Source: Eledone cirrhosa (lineage: Eukaryota). Taken from it: a stretch of DNA of 64,000 nucleotides. The stretch covers positions 44,020,001-44,084,000 of the forward strand of contig OZ024756.1 in assembly GCA_964016885.1 (NCBI GenBank), written 5' to 3'. A program made the position numbers and the translations under genes. Under the pieces are notes generated by a model, which saw only the letters and a list, made by a program, of their open reading frames with translations, did no database searches and was not told where the DNA came from. Below, piece after piece: positions 53,004 to 64,000 of the stretch (position 1 is the first letter of the stretch; every line of letters begins with the position of its first letter).

Positions 53004-55052
53004 CGTGTGTCAAAAATAAAGAGAATCAAGGAGAGAAAAAACAATATCTATAAAAATAATCAACATGTATCAACTCTCCCAATGATGTGTGTATATATCA
53101 TATATGTGTGTATATATTATGTGTGTATATATTATATATGTGTGTATATATATATACATGTATGATAGTTAAAGGAGGAACTTCATATCGATTTTAAAAA
53201 AAAAAACAACTATGTATAGCCTAAGTGAGTATATATTTGTCTGTGGGTCTATGTATGCGTGTGTATATATATTAACAATAACACAATATACATACATATG
53301 TGTGAGTGCAACATCAGTTAAATGCAATTATACACTTAAAAATACATATACAGAAGATACTGGGCACATATATGTATACATATATATATACATATATACA
53401 CATATATGTATGTAGATAGATATATGTAGATATACATAAAAGGTTAAAAAGAGCAAATCTATGAAATTGAAGTTATTATAATAATAATAATAATAATCAT
53501 AATCATCATCATTGTTGTTAATAAATTAGTTACAAGTAATTATATGGCTTGTTAATTTTTAGTCTGTTAATTAATGTTAGACGAATGTAATAAAAGAAAG
53601 ATGGGTGTATTTTGGTGGGTTAGTCATGGTGGTGGTGGTGGTATTAGTTGGCATGGGGTGAACAATGGCAATATGATAACAATGGTGGCAGTGGGGGGGT
53701 TAAGACCCATTCTTCCAACCACCAACCCACCCCTCTTTCTCTCTTTCATACTCACCCATAATACCAAAAGCCCATACTCCATTACACCCACACACCTCTC
53801 GTACCTTTCAAAGGGAGCCAAAATTAAGTACCAAGTAAGACTACAGTAATAATAATAATAATGACTTCTAATTTAGGATCAAGGCCAGCAAACTTTGTGG
53901 GGTGGGGAGAAAGTCGATTAAAAATAAAAAAAAATAAAAATCGACCCCAGTACTTGACTGGTACTTTATTTATTTTTTCTTTTGACCCCACAAGGGTGAA
54001 AAGGAAAAGTTGACCTCGGTGGGATTTAAACTGAAAAAATAAAGGGAGATAATTCAATAGCGCGAGGCATCTATTGGTTCTAGTAATTTATGCCATTAAT
54101 CATAACAATTTGTCAACATTTAATTAATGTTTTTATGGATATTTTATGATTTTTTTTTCTTTCTTTTTTGTGAAATGTTTGTTGTTATATTTGGAGTTTA
54201 TTTCTTAATTATACAATCTGGCAGAGAAGTAGAGAAGATAGTGGAGAAGAAAGAGAAGAGACAGGGGGACCCATATTACCTAGAACAACCAGCAATCCCA
54301 ACCAACCAACTAATTAACCTCACCCTATGTCAAGAATACCTTCACCAACCCACCCCCACTTACAATAACAAAAATAAAATAAATTAAACAAAAAAAATAC
54401 CAAACCAAATATAAAGAGGCTAAAAACAATCCACAAACAATACCTATCAACTTCCTCAGATCCACCCATGACCCCCCCCCCCCACCCCACATGAAAAAAT
54501 AAGAAACTGACCACCATTTCCCTACCGGCCACCCCACTCTCATACAACTCCCCCAGAACCCAGTCAATTTATCCTGCCCCACCCCAGCCCTATTCTCCCT
54601 CCCCACCACCCCACCCCTACTACTGCCACCAAATGACTGCGAGGAGGGAGGGAGGGAGAAGGTGAAGGGAGGAGGAAAATAATGAAATAAAATAAAGCAG
54701 CCCCCCTACTCCCAAGATATATATATGTAATAGTAGTAGTAGTAATGATAGTAGTAGTAGCTGTATAGCTGTAGTAATACATTCAACACAAACTCCTGCA
54801 TAGCTTCTGCTTCTAAAGTTTTTTTCATGTATGTATGTATGTGTATATATATATATATATATACGTTTGTATATATGTTATGTATATATGTTGCAGTTAT
54901 TTTTTTCATCTTCTTCATAATAATAATGTTTGCTGCTGGTGTCAAAAAAAGAAAAGGTAAAAAAAAAATCTTTTCTTTTTTTATTTAAAAAATTATTATT
55001 ATTATTATCATTATTATTAATAATAATAATGTTATTGTTAGTATTATTGTTT

Positions 55053-56315
55053 TTACTGGTTCTGCATTTCGAAATATCTATATGTTGGGTTCTCGTAGCC
55101 ATTCATTTGCATGTTGGCCACGTGGCGTTCCTCAGGAGAGGCAGCTGGGTCCACCTCGACAAAGCCATGTGTGACACGTTGCCTCTGGCTACGCCGTCTC
55201 AGCATCACGACAGCCACCAGGATTATGATGAAAACAGCCACACCACCAATGGCGATACCAACAACACTGTTGGCTGGGCTGTTATTGTACAGGTCATTGA
55301 GGGCAACCTGCAAGGACAAAACAAAATAAAGATTAAACAATCAAGGCAGTGATAAAACAAGCAATATTAATTGATATTGATTAAATCTTTGACAGGTTCC
55401 AATGTAAAAGCTCTTAGTCTGAGAGATGAGAACATCTTGAAGCTGTTCATTAAAGAACATCCAATATTAGAGATACAATATATTGTAAAATATCTACCAA
55501 CTATAAAGAAATGTTAAGAAATGATTCAACAACAGAACTCCCTATTCTCTTTACAGCTTCCATTGATTCCCATTTTATCATCAACCCTTTTTTTTAGGTT
55601 TATTTTGCCTCACGTTGGCCTTCCATATTTGATTTTACTTTTATTTTCATATTCGCTTATCTCTGTTTATCCTCTTTTGTCTCAACTGTAAGAAGTACTC
55701 AATACTTCCCCAAGTATGTCAAGGCTTACTAGCTCTATACAGACGTTTAAATTGATTAAATAAATAACTCTTTTGATACTAGCCTGCCCCCAAAACCAGG
55801 GAACCTGTCTCACTGACCCTTTTCAAACAAAAGAAACCCAGTCCCATTAAACCTTCTCAAACCACAGAAACCCAGGGTCTGGAGAAGGTGGGTAGGGTAA
55901 AATAGGGAGCTAGTTCCCTGACCCTTCTTAAACAAAAGAAGCCCAACGTACCTGATCAGCAATGAATGGCTGTTGACCAGAGTGAGCATGGTACTTTGGA
56001 TGATTTTGTTGCACAATTTCATGAACTGGATGCTGGACATAGGCAGGGCGTTCATCTTCTATGGATTCAGAATCATAGACTGAAGCTTTGTCATCCATTT
56101 GCTGTTGTTGTTGTTGTTGTTGCTCTGGCTCATCTGGTTCAGCTTTCGTTGGTTTCACCTTGTCGTCAATCTCAGTCACAGATTCTGACAGAAATAAGAC
56201 AGAGTTTGGGATGAGTCCAAGGTATGATTGGTAGAGAACTCACCTGACTTTGGGATCATTAGACTTGTGGTTTCTCAAAATCAATACTGTGTGTGTGTGT
56301 GTGTGTGTGTGTATG

Positions 56316-56363
<48 letters not shown>

Positions 56364-59300
56364 TGCCACACCATGCAGCCTCTCATCATACACACAAAGA
56401 CATCACAGAGCTTTACTCATCTTTCACACTCAAACTTACCATCATCATCGTCATCATCATCATCATCATCAGAATAATCTTCAGACTTGTCACTTTCAGC
56501 AGGGGTCTCCTCTGGGGCAGGATCCTCATGAAGGAGGTATTTCATGGAGTTGGCATTGATTCCTTGGAATTTGGCCAAAAATTCTTCTGCAAAGTGAATG
56601 GACAATTGAATTGAAAATATAGCAGAAAGGTAGAAAGTAAAGAGGTTTATTTTGTAGACATTGAACTGAGGAATTCCTCTCTAAATATATTCAATCAAGC
56701 TCCTAGACCTGGTGCAGCCAGTTGTATGGTATGTCACTCTAGACCAGGCAATGGGTAACCTTTTTCGAGCAGTGGGTCACATAGGATGTGACTCATCATA
56801 AGGTGGGCTGCATTACTAATAAATTGAAAGCAATTTTGAAATCAGGCATGCCATTCAGAAAGCCAAATGGGCCACACTTTGGCCATGACTGCTCTAGACT
56901 GTGCGTCCATCGTGGCATTTCTGTAGAGTCTTAGAAATGCTTGGCAGTGGTCATCCATCTCCTCTCCAATATACAGCCTCAGCCACCAAGGTAACAGTTT
57001 GAAACACCGATCATGTGATTTGTTCAATTTATTATTGATTTTGCCATGTTTCTAACTAAGCAGAACTTGTTGGATAACCCAACAACAAACACACCAACTA
57101 ATAGCTTGAGATGACTATGGGAAAGGTTTGAAACTGTGGTGGTGGTGATAGTGCAATGGTGGTAATCGTAGTAGTGGAGGTGGTGGTGGTGGTAGTAGTG
57201 GAGGTGGTAGTAGTGGAGGTGGTGGTGGTGGTAGTGGTAGTGGTAGTAGTGGAGGTGGTGGTGGTGGTCGGAGTGGAGGTGGTAGTGGTGGTAGTAGTAG
57301 TGGTGGTAGTGGTGGTGGTAGTGGTGGTGGTGGTGGTGGTGGTGGTGGTGGTGGTGGTGGTGGTGATGGTGGTAGTAGTGGTGATGGTGGTGGTAGTAGT
57401 GGTGATGGTGGTGGTAGTAGTGGTGATGGTGGTGGTAATAGTGAAATGGTGGTGGTAATAGTGAAATGGTGGTAATCATAGTGGTGATAGTAGTAGTAGT
57501 AGTGGTGGTAGTGGTGGTGGTGATAGTGCAATGGTGGTAATCGTAGTAGTGGAGGTGGTAATCGTAGTAGTGGAGGTGGTGGTAGTGTGGTGGTGGTTGT
57601 GGTGGTGGTGGTGGTGATGGTGGTGGTGATGGTAGTAGTGATGGTGGTGGTAATAGTGAAATGGTGGTAATCATAGTGGTGGTGGTAGTAGTAGTAGTGG
57701 TGGTGGTGGTGGTAGTAGTGGTGGTGGTGGTAGTAGTAGTGGTGGTGGTAGTAGTGGTGGTGGTGGTGGTAGTAGTAGTAGTGGTGGTAGTAGTAGTGGT
57801 GGTAATGATGGTATTATTAAATATGCAAAAATAATTTTTTTTAAATATTCCACAAACACCTGTTGATGGAAACGGGGAAACTTACCAACTTTGGGTCGCA
57901 CCAAGCGATCAACTTCTGAGTCTCTCTTCAGCCACTCAATCATTCGACGAATCCGTTCATCAATGAGGTTCAAGTGTTCAATAACACGTTCACGGATGTT
58001 ACTTGCTTCCTTTGGATCAGTATCATGCAAGTGTTGGTAATGTTTAATGGCATGGGTACGGTCCTTCTGTTCAACTCTGATGTAGGCAACGGCAGTCTTC
58101 TGGATCTTGTGGATCTGATTTTCAAAGAAAATAGAAATAAAAGGATCAATGGACATGACAGAAAGATGGGAGGTTCAGGAAGAGGTGGGGTGGCTTCAAT
58201 GGAACAAGACAATCTGTGGCTTGAGCTAAGTTTAAAGTATCCGATTAAAGTCAGACCTGTGGTCACCTGGCATATATCTAGCCCCAGAATGTGACCAGAG
58301 TAAGTCCATCTTTACCTCTTCCACCAAGAGAGAGAGAGGAGGGTGGAGTGGGATGGCTGTTTGAAAGTCCATCTTCACCCCACCCCTCTCAGAGAGAGAG
58401 AGGGAGGGAGGGAGCATGTGGGTGGATGTTTGAAAGTCTATCTTACCTTCAGAGGAGATTCATCTAAGAAAGTCTGGAGAGCTTTCATAAGATTCCTCTT
58501 CTTTTCATTGATGTTACTCTGAACACGTTGTTGGTGGATGGCGATCAATTGTTTCTTCTCCAGAATTGTCTCTTGTCCGTATGCCTTGTAGATCTTGTTG
58601 TAACGCTGACAATGACACAACCAATATGGTGAATAACACAAAGGAAACAACTATGAAACAAAACTCACCATTTTAAAGGATCTTATTTAATTAATTTTAA
58701 TACCAACTTAAGTAAAGCAGCCTCTGGTTCTATGAAACAAAACTGATCATTTTAAAGAGGGTTCCTCTACTTAACCCCTTTGATAGCAACCTGCCCAAAT
58801 TCAATGAAACAAAAGAACCCATTTTAAGGGGTTCCTATTTAACCTGTTTTTATACCAACCCACCCCATCCCAAAATAACCCCCCACACTGTACAAGGGGT
58901 TAAAATTAAAAAGAGATAAATTGTTTTTTTCTTTTTAAAGGTGATATATACCTCTGTAAGTTCCTTGTTCAGTTGCATAGCCTGTTTAGGGTCAGTCTTC
59001 TTCATCTCACGAACCCTTTCACGGGCATTCTTCCATTCTTTCATCATCTGAAAGTAGATGAGGAACGTGGAGAACATATTGAGAGCCAGGGAGAAACACT
59101 GAAGGACTTGAATAATTCCAGATTAATTTACACTCAACCATAGATACAACTTCTTAATGCTAACTACTGAAGTATGAAGTAGAAACTGGAATATTTAAGT
59201 GAGCTCTAACATATTTAGTATTAAATAATTAACAAGAAATAATTATGTGGCAAGGATAAAAACAATATTAACCAATATCTAACATTATTTTCATTTTTCT

Positions 59301-62300
59301 GCCAAATATGAAAAAAAACTCTGGACATGGTTCAGTCTTATGATCTCATCAGTGAAGCATAGCTTTCACCATAACTACTGAAAGCTGTGATGAAAGAATT
59401 AGAAAATAGACAGGTAGTCAGAGAGAGAAGGAAAGGGGCTTGATCCCTTACCTTGGTGTTTCTCTCCACCTCTACTTGTTGCATCACTTTTTCAGCAGCC
59501 TTGAATTTCTCGTGTTCATTAGTGTATTTACCCAGGAACTGGGAGTCTCCCTTCAGGTAGGCAGTGTAGTCATTTAGGGAGCTCTCAAGTTTCTTGATAC
59601 TTGCAGGGGTTGAAGGAGTGGTTTCAACATCCTCATCCATTTCAGAACTATGTTCTGAAAATAATAGAGAAAACAAGATTATTATTATTATTATTATTAT
59701 TTAGTATCGGTAAAGGGTCGGACGCCATGCTTTGCAGCATAGAGTTACGCCCCTTTATGGTCTGAGTTCAAATCCCGCCAAGATTAACTTTACCTTTCAT
59801 CCTTACGGGGTCGATATAATAAAGTACCAGTAATGTACTGGATAATTGCTGGCCTTGTGCCAAAAAGTAGAAACAATTATTATTATTTAGTTTTTTGTTA
59901 TAAATTTTTATTTTACACAAAAACCCCACAAGGTACTGCCAAGTGTAGTCATTATTATTTTATTGTACTAACAACACCACCCCCACCACACTACTAGTAT
60001 CAACACAACCATCAACAACAGCACCACCAATACCACCAATATCAACACCACTACCACAACCCCCACACTACCATCAACACTACCACCACCACTACTATCA
60101 ATCCCCCCGCCCACACACACACTACCAGCACCATCATCACTTCCTTCTCTTCCAATCAGCCAAACTGACAATAACAGCTTCTCACCTGCTGAACACTTAA
60201 ATCCAGTAGTACAGGATTAGTTTAATCCAAGGAGGAAATCTGATTAGTTTATCCAAGAGATGATTAATAATATAATAACTCCTCCACCACACTTCACACC
60301 CTCCCCCCCCCCCCCCCCACAACTCACGTGTGTGTGTGTGTTTGGTGCACCCAGTTTAGACTAGGTACACCGCATCCCTGTGTGTCCTAAGAAGTACCTA
60401 AAAGAGTTAGTGTCAGGAAGGGCAACCAGCTGTAAACCACTTCCCCCCAAAAAGTCCTGTCCAACCCATGACAGCATGGAAAAGTTGATGTAAAAAAAAA
60501 CAATGATGATGATATATATTTGTGCACACACACATTATAAGACAGTAGTGTTGGTGCCACATCTAAAGCACCCAGACCACCCCACCTTGTAAAGTGGTAG
60601 TGCCGAGGTCATGATAAAATGCTCCCAGTATACTCTGTTAAGTGATTGGTGTTAGGAAGGGCAACCAGCCATAGAAATCATGCTCCCACTACACCACCAC
60701 TACTACACCGGTACAACACTACACCACCGCTACTACTACTACAACACTACTTTTTCTCAGTATTCTTATTTTGTTTCAAGACTTCTCCTGTGAAAAGGTC
60801 AAACTTGATGTGTATAATGAGATCTGATAATTAATCAACAATTAATATATTGTGTGTGTTAATGTCAAGATTAGATCTACAATTAAACTGTTGTAACCCC
60901 TGATGGACTAAGCCCTGTGCAACTGCACAGCTGTACTAAGTCTCTCTACAGCTGTACGAAACCTCTCTACAACTGTACTAAACCTCTCTACAGCTGTACT
61001 AAACCTCTCTACAGCTGTACGAAACCTCTCTACAACTGTACTAAACCTCTCTACAACTGTACTAAACCTCTCTACAACTGTACGAAACCTCTCTACAACT
61101 GTACGAAACCTCTCTACAGCTGTACGAAACCTCTCTACAGCTGTACGAAACCTCTCTATAGCTGTACTAAGTCTCTCTACAGCTGTACGAAACCTCTCTA
61201 CAACTGTACGAAACCTCTCTACAGCTGTACGAAACCTCTCTACAGCTGTACTAAACCTCTCTACAGCTGTACTAAACCTCTCTACAGCTGTACTAAACCT
61301 CTCTACAGCTGTACTAAACCTCTCTACAGCTGTACTAAACCTCTCTATAGCTGTACTAAACCTCTCTATAGCTGTACTAAACCTCTCTACAGCTGTACTA
61401 AACCTCTCTACAGCTGTACTAAACCTCTCTACAGCTGTACTAAACCTCTCTACAGCTGTACTAAACCTCTCTACAGCTGTACTAAACCTCTACAGCTGTA
61501 CTAAACCTCTCTATAGCTGTACTAAACCTCTCTACAGCTGTACTAAACCTCTCTACAGCTGTACTAAACCTCTCTACAACTACTAAACCCCTCTACAGCT
61601 GTACTAAACCCCTCTACAACTGTACTAAACCCCTCTACAACTGTACTAAACCCCTCTACAATTGTACTAAACCTCTCTACAATTGTACTAAACCTCTCTA
61701 CAATTGTACTAAACCTCTCTACAACTGTACTAAACTCCTCTACAGCTCTACAACTGTACTAAACCTCTCTACAGCTGTACTAAACCTCTCTACAGCTGTA
61801 CTAAACCTCTCTACAGCTGTACTAAACCTCTCTACAGCTGTACTGTCACAGCAAAGACACGTGCAACAACTACCAAAATTACTAACCTTTAGGACAGCAA
61901 ACAAACTCCACACCACTGAAATGTCCAGGTTCCTTACATGGCCAAAGCATGGCAAAACTTTGAGTGGTCATCTGACGTAGGGCACACTTGCTCATGGCAG
62001 TCTTGTTGCATTCGTCAAATTCATTACAGACACGAGAATCATGGTAATGGTCAAAGATACAGTGTTCTGGCACCAACAATGCATCACTTTGGAATGGTCC
62101 AACTGGAAAGGAGAAACAAAGTAATATGTTGTATTTATTTATGAGGTTTAATAGAATAAAATAATTCCTCATCAGAGGAGAGCTAGGTGGTGGTGATGGG
62201 GGGGGGGGGGGGGCTAGGTAGGGGGAAGAAGGAGTAGGTGAGAAGGACAATAGCTAAACTAAACCAATATTGGAAAGAGAGAAGATAAAATGTGAAGACT

Positions 62301-62436
62301 TACCTAAACAACGGAATGGTCTGACCGTGTGGTTGCCATGTTTGTGGCAGTGAGTGGCATTAAAACGGCACCAGTTCGGAATGGTCACTTTGGAGCTTGC
62401 TTGTAGGACATTGGTCACTTCATGATCTGGGTATAA
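55053..62436 (-). CDS. APP: Amyloid precursor protein family (APP/APPL); last 9 exons, 5' exons outside the window
   Basis: Exons (minus strand): 62304-62436, 61887-62102, 59452-59654, 58952-59047, 58447-58605, 57886-58114, 56440-56586, 55952-56184, 55053-55307, all in phase. E1 motifs (VTIPNWC, VRPFRCL, SDALLVPEHC, GVEFVCCP), E2 motifs (EHEKF, MKEW, HQQRVQ, KDRTHAIKHYQH), a TM helix, then HGFVEVD, PEERHV and GYENPTYRYFE. Confidence 0.97.
56745..56891. mobile_element. hAT/Charlie-type MITE in an APP intron
   Basis: Exact 8-bp duplication CTCTAGAC at 56737-56744 and 56892-56899 around CAG...CTG termini. Confidence 0.75.
57135..57812. repeat. (GGT/AGT)n trinucleotide low-complexity tract, intronic
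   Basis: Source of the poly-H, poly-P and poly-V pseudo-ORFs. Confidence 0.93.
59703..59882 (+). mobile_element. tRNA-derived SINE (main family) in an APP intron
   Basis: Same sequence as 42407-42593; inserted in an (att)n tract about 50 nt from an APP splice acceptor. Confidence 0.85.
60925..61845. repeat. Intronic 21-bp minisatellite (ctgtactaaacctctctacag), about 43 copies
   Basis: Direct tandem array; explains the SCTKPLY pseudo-ORF. Confidence 0.95.
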
Positions 62437-62774
62437 CTGAGAGAGAATACATGTATATACAACAGTGTTAAAGTGGACAGAGAATTTGATGGTAGAAAAT
62501 ATTTCATGAGCTGTTTCAAATTGAAGATTAACCCTTTAGCATTTAAACCTGCCATATCTGGCCAGAATTGCCTCACCTCTTTCTGTTCAAACCGGCCATA
62601 ACCAGCTGCTCATACTGATGGTAAGGTATTGTTCTCGAAATAAATAATATCAAAATCTCAGATTCGATATTATGTGAGATAAAGCCTTTAACACAATAGT
62701 AAATATAGAGTAAAGTAAATGGTAAAGGGTTGAGACAGAACCTGACAGTGAAGTTATCATTAGTGGCTCACTTT

Positions 62775-63100
62775 CATCGACTACTGTCGAGATGATGGAT
62801 CTCACTCTCATGCCCCAGAATCCCCTGTCCCCCATCGCTGCCCCCAGGTCCTGTCTGCTGATTCCCGTATCCCTAGAGATAACGTCAGGGAATGACAGCT
62901 TCCTACTCCTAGTCAGGCTGGAGTCAGGGTTCCAGAGCAAGAGAGCGGATATGATTTCACTTTACTGAGGTGTCAGGTGATGCCCCATAAAGATGCTTGG
63001 TTTTTGTTCAGCATCCTAGCCTCGCTATCACTAGCAGTAATGTTGCAAGCATGTTGAGTTGCCTCAAAGATTTCCAATGATCTTTGTGTCACCAATTGAC
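62775..63100 (-). mobile_element. RTE-like LINE 3' ORF fragment
   Basis: Minus-strand LLWNP..RSRKLSFPDVISRDTG..DLGAAMGDRGFW resembles the RTE ORF2 C-terminus (LLW.P..R..TY.D....D.G......AM.DR..W). Confidence 0.6.
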
Positions 63101-64000
63101 ACACTCGGAGTTCAATTGATCTTTTTCTTTTATCTTTTCCTCTTTCATTGTATATTTGTTGTTTATTATATTTATAAAGTTCCTAGCAATAATTAATTGA
63201 TTATATGTATTTCTATTTAATCTTATATATTTGTTATATGATAAAAATTTGGTAGTGATAAAATAATTAAAAAAAAAAAAAAGGAAACACCATATTAATC
63301 CAGAGAAAATATGGACATTAAAATGCTATGAGGATCATCATCATCATCATTTTACGTCCGCTTTTCCCTGCTTGCAAGAATGGGATGGGTCCTATTCAGC
63401 ACAGCATCTCTCCACTTGTCACAGTCCTTCGTCATCTCCGTGAGCTTCAGCGATCTGAAGTCTGCTCTCACCACCTCCGCCCATGTTTTTCATGGATGAT
63501 GATGATAAATAAATTTTATGATTTAGTAATAATTTTTTTAAACTCTTTTAATAGCAACGTGCTTGAAACAGTTCTGGTTTTATAAAAAAAAAAAAAAATT
63601 CTCAGGGACATAACACATCACCCAGTCCAGAAATAGAACTCAGAACCTCACGATTGTGAATCTAACTCTTTAACCACTAAGCCACACACCTACACTTGTT
63701 ATATTAATGTAATGTTGAATACAATTTTATGTTATTTAGATACAGTGATAAGATGTAAATCCCACTCTGAATAGGACATCACTCTATTACAGGTAACATT
63801 AGACAGATGATCAGGTAATTAAAAGGTAAATCAATGCAATGTAATGTAGTTTTATGTGAGAGAGACACTAAAGATTGAGATATAAATATTCTGTTGAAAA
63901 GGACACAGCAGTCTTGTTACAGAGATCACCTGGTGTCTATTGAAATGGCAGCTCAGGTGAAGAGAGGTGGTGTAGATAATGGAAACCTGAACCACCAGCT

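Noticed and set aside
57024-57812. Poly-His / poly-Pro / poly-Val ORFs
   Set aside because: Trinucleotide low-complexity intron sequence; the APP exons splice in phase around it.
60186-60240. Candidate extra APP exon (minus-strand cag/gtgaga donor)
   Set aside because: The nearest acceptor gives an in-frame stop in the required phase.
60917-61504. SCTKPLY-repeat ORF; CRISPR-like regularity
   Set aside because: 21-bp head-to-tail tandem repeat with no unique spacers, in an APP intron; no cas genes and a eukaryotic context.

Overview
Eukaryotic, very AT-rich and microsatellite-rich genomic DNA. It is most likely from a coleoid cephalopod (Octopus-like), inferred from the tRNA-derived SINE families, RTE tails, large (AT)n satellites and a long C2H2 array. 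I reconstructed four protein-coding genes by hand from GT-AG splice sites with consistent phases. (1) + strand, 10 exons, 11443-19047, 5' end not found: a six-bladed LDLR-type YWTD propeller, one Sushi/CCP domain and a C-terminal glycine-rich domain resembling phage tail-fibre and ALK/LTK Gly-rich domains, with no transmembrane segment. (2) - strand HAUS5 (augmin subunit), 17 coding exons, about 654 aa. (3) + strand C2H2 zinc-finger gene with one coding exon and 26 fingers, head-to-head with HAUS5. (4) - strand amyloid precursor protein (APP-family) gene, last 9 exons, 5' end outside the window. The rest is SINEs, RTE and Penelope-like fragments, piggyBac- and hAT-type MITEs, minisatellites and about 10 kb of AT satellite. 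The most notable items are the unusual YWTD-Sushi-Gly-rich protein, a 688-bp near-perfect palindrome made of two Helitron-like 3' ends, an inverted pair of minimal hammerhead-ribozyme motifs downstream of APP, and many short fold-back palindromes. Nearly all other ORFs in the supplied track are artefacts of simple repeats. No database searches were run; family assignments come from recalled motifs.
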